A stretch of DNA of 41,474 nt from Candidatus Thorarchaeota archaeon (lineage in GTDB: Archaea > Asgardarchaeota > Thorarchaeia > Thorarchaeales > Thorarchaeaceae), in contig CP070761.1 of assembly GCA_020348985.1 (NCBI GenBank), forward strand, positions 56,449 through 97,922, in the 5' to 3' direction. The notes under the pieces were generated by a model. It did not search any database and was not told the origin of the DNA. It saw only the letters and a list, made by a program, of their open reading frames with translations. This document shows positions 35,371 to 41,474 of this stretch, piece by piece. A program made the translations under genes and the position numbers. The first letter of the stretch is position 1. Each line of letters starts with the position of its first letter.

Positions 35371-37691
35371 AGAAAGTCACCTTTGCGAAGAGCTTGCCGC
35401 AGTGCCATTGCTCCTTTGAGAGTCATTCTGAAGTTGGCGTATTTGACACCGCTGTGAACCTCATGCCCCCTCAGAATCATGCTTGCTTCTTCAAGCTGGA
35501 TAAGCACAGTCTGCACATCCTCCTCACTATCACCGCTGGACGATATGAAACGCCTGGCAGCTTCCTCTGTAAGAGGTTCATAACGTTCCAAGAGCTGAAG
35601 TACTTGTACGGCCAGCTTCGTGTTCCGCCCAGACACAGATTCAAGGAGTGTGCGGTGCCTTCCTTTGTGGGAGTCAGTAGGTTCTCCAAGAAGCTGCGCT
35701 CTTCTTTCTGCCATCTGATCATGCGAAAGTGCTTCAAACTCGGGCGGCTTGTCCAGCGTTACTGGGTGTGCAGTCTTTGAAAGACCATCCACCAACAACG
35801 CGTTTCCTTCAGCCATCATTCTCAGATATGCTGATTCTCTTGCAGACAAACGAGCTTTGCTGTGCATCGAACCTACGACCGGGAGTCCGAGCATATCCGA
35901 AACCACTTTGATGTCATGAGAGGCTCTCAATACAAGTGATAAACAAGCTGAAAACGAGTCTGCGATTAGACCAAGATCGGAGGGGTGTCTGAGACCTACA
36001 ATCAGTGGACCTCTTTGCAGGACTTCGTTTGCCAAGTTTCGTGCCCAGAGCAGCCGTCTCTTGTGATGTGTATTGCTCACAATTAGATTCGGTGGATCAT
36101 CCATAAGAACAACAAGATCCGAGTCGGAAGCTATGCCTGCTATCTTGATAGCGGCTAGATCCCATGCCAATAGATCTAGATCTTCCGATCCTGTTTTCAG
36201 AATGATTATCGATAAGGGAATCTCTGCCAATCTGGAGAAGTGTATCGTCTGAGAGCCGTAGAATGCGTGGGCACCTGGACCTTGATGCAAAGCTCGAATC
36301 GCGTCCATTCCCTGCAAAGACGTGTAGGAAGATTCGATCTCAGGCCCCGTCTCGGATGGTTCGTTGGGACGTAGAGTGATGTCTGCTATTGTTGCTCCAG
36401 GGATCGCGACTGCTCTCCCTAGGGCGGTCACAAATTCTGGAGCTGGTGTAAGAGCAACATTTGATACTGATTCCAACGCAATCTTCAGTTTCGAAACATA
36501 CGATGCACCCGGTATACCTTCGGCATCGACAGGGTTGAGAACAAGATCCCTTCCCAAAGTGAATCCGACTGCATTCTCTTCGATCCCGGCCAGTGAGAGA
36601 CAATCCTCATGGCGACTCAGGATTAGGACCCTCTTTCGTCGATTCACGAGCTGTTTGACCAGTATTCTGTAGATGTCATATCGTTCACTTCGATGTCCAC
36701 CACAGACTAGTAGCCCATTTGAGATGTCTCTGCCAGACAGGCCAGCGACAGGACCTGGCAGGAGCGTTTCTGGATTGATGATACGACCGATTCTGAATTC
36801 GGTGTTGGCGGTCCTAATTGGTGCTACAAACTCACTTGGAACATTGCATCCCACTTCAGAAGAGAGCTCACTTGCGAGCTGAACTAGCCAATGTGAGAGA
36901 TCTCTACCTGTTGAGTAAAACGTGTGCCGGATTTCAGGAACACGATATCCGGCAATCTTCTCACCGAGCCTGCCAATTCCGGATTGAATCAGATTCTTGT
37001 CAGGGATTGCCCCCTTTATCGAAGATTGCAGTCTTCGGAGAGAATCGGCCTCACGAGTGTGTCCTAGTATGCAGGTGCTTGTCTTCCATAGACCCCCTCT
37101 GGTAGTAATGTAGGATTCAATTTCGGTGTTGGAAAGGAACTTGTTGAAGTAGTTCTCAAGAGCTTTGGTGACTATCCCTTCATCTAGAAGACGTTTGGGC
37201 CTTTCTCGCCTCATGCCAATCATTATGTAGATTCCATCTTCAGAATTGATTGCGCGCATAAGTCGACCCAGATTGCCTTTCAGCGTGGTAGATGCAGACT
37301 TCATCTGCGCCATTGAGATATGGCGAGATCCACCAGTACCCCTTGACTTCACCGATTCTCTTTGCGTCTCGAAATTCAAGTCGGCCTTTGGGACAATACA
37401 CCAATCATCGCCATAGGGTGCGAGATCCATCTTGTTCCTCTCCATTTGGGAGATTACCAGCAAGTAAACAGACAAACCCAGACAGAAGGCTGAGACAAAT
37501 GACGGTATCCAGAGAATCAGGAGAGTAAGAACACTGGATGCAAAAATGATACGCTGCCATTGAGTCCGCACCTCACGATTGTCCCAATGCAGCTTGTCGC
37601 TCTGTGTGACACTCATGGATGACTCTTGGATTTCTGCCATTGGGTCCTTTAGTGGTTTGGAACCAATTACGTGACCCTTAGTCAGCCACAA
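35367..37691 (-). CDS. Membrane-anchored HerA/VirB4-like ATPase-fold protein with degenerate P-loop and C-terminal winged helix
   Basis: TM hairpin at aa ~48-80. IGRI..PVAGL..DI..GLLVCG..ILVKQL...RVLIL..H...LNPVD follows the DUF87/HerA N-terminal pattern. Walker B-like LVVLMDD. C-terminal wHTH ending in FRMTLKG. Confidence 0.6.
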   Translation of the reverse strand: MWLTKGHVIGSKPLKDPMAEIQESSMSVTQSDKLHWDNREVRTQWQRIIFASSVLTLLILWIPSFVSAFCLGLSVYLLVISQMERNKMDLAPYGDDWCIVPKADLNFETQRESVKSRGTGGSRHISMAQMKSASTTLKGNLGRLMRAINSEDGIYIMIGMRRERPKRLLDEGIVTKALENYFNKFLSNTEIESYITTRGGLWKTSTCILGHTREADSLRRLQSSIKGAIPDKNLIQSGIGRLGEKIAGYRVPEIRHTFYSTGRDLSHWLVQLASELSSEVGCNVPSEFVAPIRTANTEFRIGRIINPETLLPGPVAGLSGRDISNGLLVCGGHRSERYDIYRILVKQLVNRRKRVLILSRHEDCLSLAGIEENAVGFTLGRDLVLNPVDAEGIPGASYVSKLKIALESVSNVALTPAPEFVTALGRAVAIPGATIADITLRPNEPSETGPEIESSYTSLQGMDAIRALHQGPGAHAFYGSQTIHFSRLAEIPLSIIILKTGSEDLDLLAWDLAAIKIAGIASDSDLVVLMDDPPNLIVSNTHHKRRLLWARNLANEVLQRGPLIVGLRHPSDLGLIADSFSACLSLVLRASHDIKVVSDMLGLPVVGSMHSKARLSARESAYLRMMAEGNALLVDGLSKTAHPVTLDKPPEFEALSHDQMAERRAQLLGEPTDSHKGRHRTLLESVSGRNTKLAVQVLQLLERYEPLTEEAARRFISSSGDSEEDVQTVLIQLEEASMILRGHEVHSGVKYANFRMTLKGAMALRQALRKGDFL

Positions 37692-37953
37692 GACCTCCTG
37701 TTCGTTTTGATAGATTTTCTACAACTCGCCTCAGGCGATGATGAGTCTCGGAATCCCCACCCCATATCAGAACTCGTCGGCCGACTATTGTGAGATCAGG
37801 TAGGCTGCACTTGCACGATTGCCCATGGGCAATAGGTTTTGGAGACCGAACAAGAAACTTCCAATCGTACCCGTGACCTGTTTGCATGGCCTGAATTAGG
37901 ATTTCAGCTAGGGAATCATCTTCAAGCTCAATCTGACTGGTGACATTCAACAT
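37678..37953 (-). CDS. Small hypothetical protein
   Basis: It fills the gap within the operon and overlaps both neighbours. ATG 37953 follows GAGGT (track start 37962). Confidence 0.5.
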   Translation of the reverse strand: MLNVTSQIELEDDSLAEILIQAMQTGHGYDWKFLVRSPKPIAHGQSCKCSLPDLTIVGRRVLIWGGDSETHHRLRRVVENLSKRTGGLVAD

Positions 37954-38536
37954 TGACCTCAATTCCTCCGTTCAGTACAATAAGCGCATCCTTCAGCCCA
38001 CCCCGATGCACAGGTGTGTGAGGGTAAGCTGCGCGCATTGCACCTTCAAGCACTTGTGCGTCCTCTGCTACCTTCTCCGTCATTCTCAGAACTCGTGACT
38101 TGCTTTGGATGATTCTTGAAGCCCGACGGGCCACCATCATTCCCACTTTCGTAGGGCGATTTCCCAGAGGCCGGGCCAAGAAGAATCGGAGCTCTCCCCC
38201 TTCCTCCTCCTCAAGTCTGGTGCTCATTGCCGCTAGAACACGACCTGCGGCATGTTTTAGATCGATTCCAATGGGGACACTCGCTATCACACATGTAGCA
38301 CATATTTCTACGCTCCAGGGTCTGAAAACTGCCGCAAGCTTCGATTCGCCATTCCATTGAACTGCCGGAGGCATGCCCAGCCGCAGTATGACATAGACAA
38401 GTAGGCAGAGAGAGAGCATGCCTCCAATTGAGATAGCAGTGTCAGTCACGGATGGAAACAGCACCAATCTTAATGACCACGCAGCTGCGACTGCGCCTAG
38501 CAAGGACAATCTATCCGGATGATCAGTATTTAGCAA
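37928..38536 (-). CDS. Hypothetical membrane protein (2 N-terminal TM helices + alpha/beta domain)
   Basis: Two hydrophobic helices, then a soluble domain. An in-frame TTG at 38536 lies 8 nt after GGAGG, immediately after the XPD stop (track start 38575). Confidence 0.7.
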   Translation of the reverse strand: MLNTDHPDRLSLLGAVAAAWSLRLVLFPSVTDTAISIGGMLSLCLLVYVILRLGMPPAVQWNGESKLAAVFRPWSVEICATCVIASVPIGIDLKHAAGRVLAAMSTRLEEEEGGELRFFLARPLGNRPTKVGMMVARRASRIIQSKSRVLRMTEKVAEDAQVLEGAMRAAYPHTPVHRGGLKDALIVLNGGIEVNVECHQSD

Positions 38537-38537
38537 T

Positions 38538-40514
38538 TCAAGCACCTCCCTTTCTGTTAGCAAGAAACAACTCAATGGCAGAAATCATCTCATGCGGCTC
38601 GGTGAAAGGCCAGATGTCGGACACAATTCCTTCGCCAAAGACATCGATGTGTCTGGTGAATCTTCGATCGAGAAGGACAACAACTCCCCAATCGTCCGGA
38701 GATCTTCTCAATCTACCAATCAGTTGAGCAACCTTCCTGATTGACGGCAAGACTGTAGAGTAGTAGTAGCCTGCACCCTTTCCATACTTCTGCTCGTACC
38801 AGTCCCGTAGAGCACCACTGAAGCTTGTAGGTGGTGTAAACGGAATTCCGACGCCTATGACCAGGTCAATGAGGGAGGATCCTTCGTGAACAAGATCTAT
38901 GCCTTCTCCGAACTTTCCAGAATAGACCCCAAAGATAGCATGTGGAGCTGACTCCACAGCAGCCTTTACGTCTTCGATTCTAGCCCGGGGCTCTTCCACA
39001 ATCAAGCTCCTATGAGAACAATCGATCCCGTATGCTAACACATCATTAAGTATCGAATAGCTTGGGAACGCAATAAGGGCGCTCTTGTTGGCGGGCACTA
39101 TAGCGAGGACTTTCGTGATTCGTTTGGCGATTTCTGACCAAAGTGCAGGCCCTCGTTCTGTGTACTTTGTTGATAACTTTCTGTCAATGAGGACAAGCCT
39201 GCTTCCACTAGGGTAGGAGCCTGCAATGCTCTCAGTCCTAGCCGTTTTGATTCCCAATAGGGACGCGTAGTGGTGTATGGGGTTCAGCGTACCAGACATT
39301 AAAAGAACAGATCTTGCTCCTCTCAGCGTTGGAGCCAGCAGTCCAGCCGCGTTCAAAGGTCTAATCATCAATCTTGCATCGTTAGGAGTGAACTCACCTG
39401 TCCACCTACGCCCAATCTCAAGTGTGCAATGCCATCCTTCATTTTGAGCTGCCACAGCTCCGGCAACAAGGAATCCGATTAGCCTTTCCAAAGGGGTCTC
39501 TGTGCTGGCCTCAACATCCGTGCTGTCAAGTGTGTCGCCCTTGGTACCAGCTAGAAACTGCAAATCCATGTCTTTTATGAATCGCGGGATGACTTCCCAA
39601 GCATGCAGTTCTAGCTCCCTTTTGCTTCTCAATCTGTCTAGCTTTATCATCAGAGTCTCCCATAGAAAAGAAACGACGTCTGGTAGCCAATCCGCACGCG
39701 TGACCCGCTTGAGCTCACTGGCGTTGTTCTTCAGCCACAAGATGTCCCTGCCAGTTATTGATGCGGTCTCAGATTCGAGAATGTGGTCAGCAAGGTTATG
39801 AGCTTCATCAACAAGAATGTCGATCTCGGGCAACGTCAAGGACAGAGTTGTCAGCAACGCATTCCGGACTCTCCAATTGAAAATGTACGAATAGGGACCA
39901 ATGATTATCCTGCTGTTCTTTGCACACCATCGCAAGACCTCGTAAGGACAGAAGTCATGTGTCGCCAAGGTTGACTCAGCATGCTCCCGCGTGACAATAT
40001 CCTCATGCAGGAGACTCTCCACGTGCGCTTTCGCTCGTGCTCTAATCTGCGGCCGGCCGTCTTCACGGGACTTCTGATAGAATCCGTAATAGTAAGTACA
40101 CTGTCCGCTTCGGACCAAGTCGTTGCAGCCCTTTGTGAAGCCAGTAACTGATGTCGCCACTATTCGCTCCTTGATTGGGCACAAGTGGATTCTAGAAATC
40201 AGGCTGGTAGCAGTTAGAGGCTGTGACCCAACTCTGTGCGCCATTACTTGTCGAATCCTTCGTATCTCCTCTTCGAACACATCGGATTGTGAGTGGGTTC
40301 TGGTTAGAATGAATAGCCTAGAGTCAGATTCTTCAATCCGAGCGGCCAGGTATCCCGATAATACAGCGATTGTCTTCCCCACTCCACATGCAGCAGAGAG
40401 GAGACCTACGGTGCCCTGTGAATAGACATCGGCTGCGAATCTGACCGCGTTGTCTTGCTGGGGCCGCGGATCGTAGGGAAACCAAGACATTGCCTCTTGA
40501 TTCCTGATTGTCAT
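38538..40514 (-). CDS. XPD/Rad3/DinG-family Fe-S cluster 5'-3' DNA helicase
   Basis: Q motif FPYDPRPQQ, Walker A CGVGKT, RTHSQ, four Fe-S cysteines (HLCP, KGC, QCTYY, FCPYE), DEAH, SGTL, FPSY, EGID, GIPF, QLIGRLRR..D.G..VLLDRRF. ATG 40514 forms an ATGA overlap with the upstream stop. Confidence 0.93.
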   Translation of the reverse strand: MTIRNQEAMSWFPYDPRPQQDNAVRFAADVYSQGTVGLLSAACGVGKTIAVLSGYLAARIEESDSRLFILTRTHSQSDVFEEEIRRIRQVMAHRVGSQPLTATSLISRIHLCPIKERIVATSVTGFTKGCNDLVRSGQCTYYYGFYQKSREDGRPQIRARAKAHVESLLHEDIVTREHAESTLATHDFCPYEVLRWCAKNSRIIIGPYSYIFNWRVRNALLTTLSLTLPEIDILVDEAHNLADHILESETASITGRDILWLKNNASELKRVTRADWLPDVVSFLWETLMIKLDRLRSKRELELHAWEVIPRFIKDMDLQFLAGTKGDTLDSTDVEASTETPLERLIGFLVAGAVAAQNEGWHCTLEIGRRWTGEFTPNDARLMIRPLNAAGLLAPTLRGARSVLLMSGTLNPIHHYASLLGIKTARTESIAGSYPSGSRLVLIDRKLSTKYTERGPALWSEIAKRITKVLAIVPANKSALIAFPSYSILNDVLAYGIDCSHRSLIVEEPRARIEDVKAAVESAPHAIFGVYSGKFGEGIDLVHEGSSLIDLVIGVGIPFTPPTSFSGALRDWYEQKYGKGAGYYYSTVLPSIRKVAQLIGRLRRSPDDWGVVVLLDRRFTRHIDVFGEGIVSDIWPFTEPHEMISAIELFLANRKGGA

Positions 40515-41131
40515 TCGGCACCCTCCACACGTAGGCATGACTCGGCTGTATATATTCTGAAACGAATTGAGAAGTAACGGTTCAGAAGGTAGTAGTAGCG
40601 ATCCAAGTGTTCCCGCGAATCGAAGTGCTTTACAGAGCAGGCCATACGTTCGACTATTTCAGGACTAAACCCTTTCTGTCGAGCCGCTCTCCAGAACCAC
40701 TCCTCAACTTCCCGCATCGTGGATATGCAATGCGCCACGGTCGACTCAACAATCGAAATGAGAAACTCTAATGCATCCTTCGTTTTGTTAGGGATTGATG
40801 AAACTCGTTCGCCGGTTGGAATATAGGCGACGATGCCTTCGTTACTGTTCAGGTCTATCTCCACAGGGACACCCTTGCCTCCACGAAGGGTTTCCAGTAA
40901 TGAGAGGACACGGGGTATCTGGTGCAGAACCGGCTTGGATTTGTCGGAATGTCGCCAACCAATCCGAGTCACTACGAAGAGTGGCGGATCGCTATCAATG
41001 TTGACATCGATTTGCACAATCCTGATTCGGTGAGCAGTCTCTCTAAGAATGAGGTTGACGAGGTTGAGGACTGATTCCTGATGTGTCCCGCGTCTGAAGA
41101 CTTGAGTGCGTCCTCCGGCTTCAATGCTCAT
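40511..41131 (-). CDS. Hypothetical soluble protein
   Basis: 206-aa ORF with ATGA overlaps at both ends. No motif recognised. Confidence 0.75.
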   Translation of the reverse strand: MSIEAGGRTQVFRRGTHQESVLNLVNLILRETAHRIRIVQIDVNIDSDPPLFVVTRIGWRHSDKSKPVLHQIPRVLSLLETLRGGKGVPVEIDLNSNEGIVAYIPTGERVSSIPNKTKDALEFLISIVESTVAHCISTMREVEEWFWRAARQKGFSPEIVERMACSVKHFDSREHLDRYYYLLNRYFSIRFRIYTAESCLRVEGAE

Positions 41132-41472
41132 GAGTGCTCATCCTCATGCCCAATTGTAACTCCGTCTTCAATCTCGATTACTGCGCCAGAATCGATAAGG
41201 TCATACAAGACTCGGCTTGTTTTGGAAAGCGTTATCCCTGCTTCCGCGGCTTCCTGAATCACCTTGACTATTGCCACTGGCCTGCCGCGATTCAAGTCTA
41301 CTAGCGCGTCTATGATATTGATGATGCGACGTCTGACCCCCAGGCCTCTCTGTGGTTTCTTGCTCTTGCTCCGGCTTTTTGATTCAAGCGCCAGCTTTCT
41401 TACATATTCCTCTGCTTCCAGAACCGTTGACGCATAGACAATTTCGTTTTCACTTGCCTGCAAAGTCCCGCA
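41128..41472 (-). CDS. C-terminal fragment of a winged-helix-terminated protein, MCM C-terminus-like (5' end outside the window)
   Basis: The frame is open to the window edge. IINIIDAL...VAIVKVIQEAAEAGI...SRVLYDLIDSGAVIEIEDG resembles the archaeal MCM C-terminal winged helix. Confidence 0.5.
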   Translation of the reverse strand, partial: CGTLQASENEIVYASTVLEAEEYVRKLALESKSRSKSKKPQRGLGVRRRIINIIDALVDLNRGRPVAIVKVIQEAAEAGITLSKTSRVLYDLIDSGAVIEIEDGVTIGHEDEHS

Positions 41473-41474
41473 TA

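Noticed and set aside
35367-37962. Frameshifted single gene (94-aa + 774-aa ORFs)
   Set aside because: The downstream ORF has its own GGAGG-TTG start, and short overlaps are the norm in this operon. No slippery run is evident. Homolog alignment is needed to exclude it.
28000-41474. Provirus, plasmid or integrative element
   Set aside because: No integrase, transposase, relaxase, terminase, capsid or att-like repeat is seen, and there is no obvious compositional shift by eye. This is not fully excluded, because the right end is outside the window.
1-41474. CRISPR arrays, rRNA and tRNA genes
   Set aside because: Intergenic gaps are all under ~200 nt and show no repeat-spacer pattern or cloverleaf.

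Overview
This gene-dense archaeal window has Asgard-type content: two Rab-like small GTPases, a Roadblock/LC7 protein, a possible Vps28-like protein, RadA, a geranylgeranyl reductase and archaeal-type pheS/pheT. Assignment to Asgard, plausibly Thorarchaeia, is an inference. The left part (1-16.7 kb) holds housekeeping, ABC-2 transport and eukaryotic-signature genes. The middle (16.8-28 kb) holds a 2598-aa membrane-anchored surface protein, preceded by a strongly self-complementary ~140-nt leader, plus a few hypothetical genes. The right part (28.0-41.5 kb, minus strand, running off the window edge) is one tightly coupled cluster of 13 ORFs. It alternates DNA-processing enzymes with uncharacterised membrane proteins and a membrane-anchored HerA/VirB4-like ATPase with a decayed P-loop. 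The enzymes are an MCM-like C-terminus, an XPD/Rad3 Fe-S helicase, a Hel308-like helicase with an inserted SWIM zinc finger, two RadA/Rad51 paralogs and a FEN1-family nuclease with a PIP box. This cluster is my best candidate for an undescribed system, a membrane-linked DNA uptake/recombination module. I recognised no tRNA, rRNA, CRISPR array, integrase or transposase. All family calls come from motifs read by eye; no database search was run.
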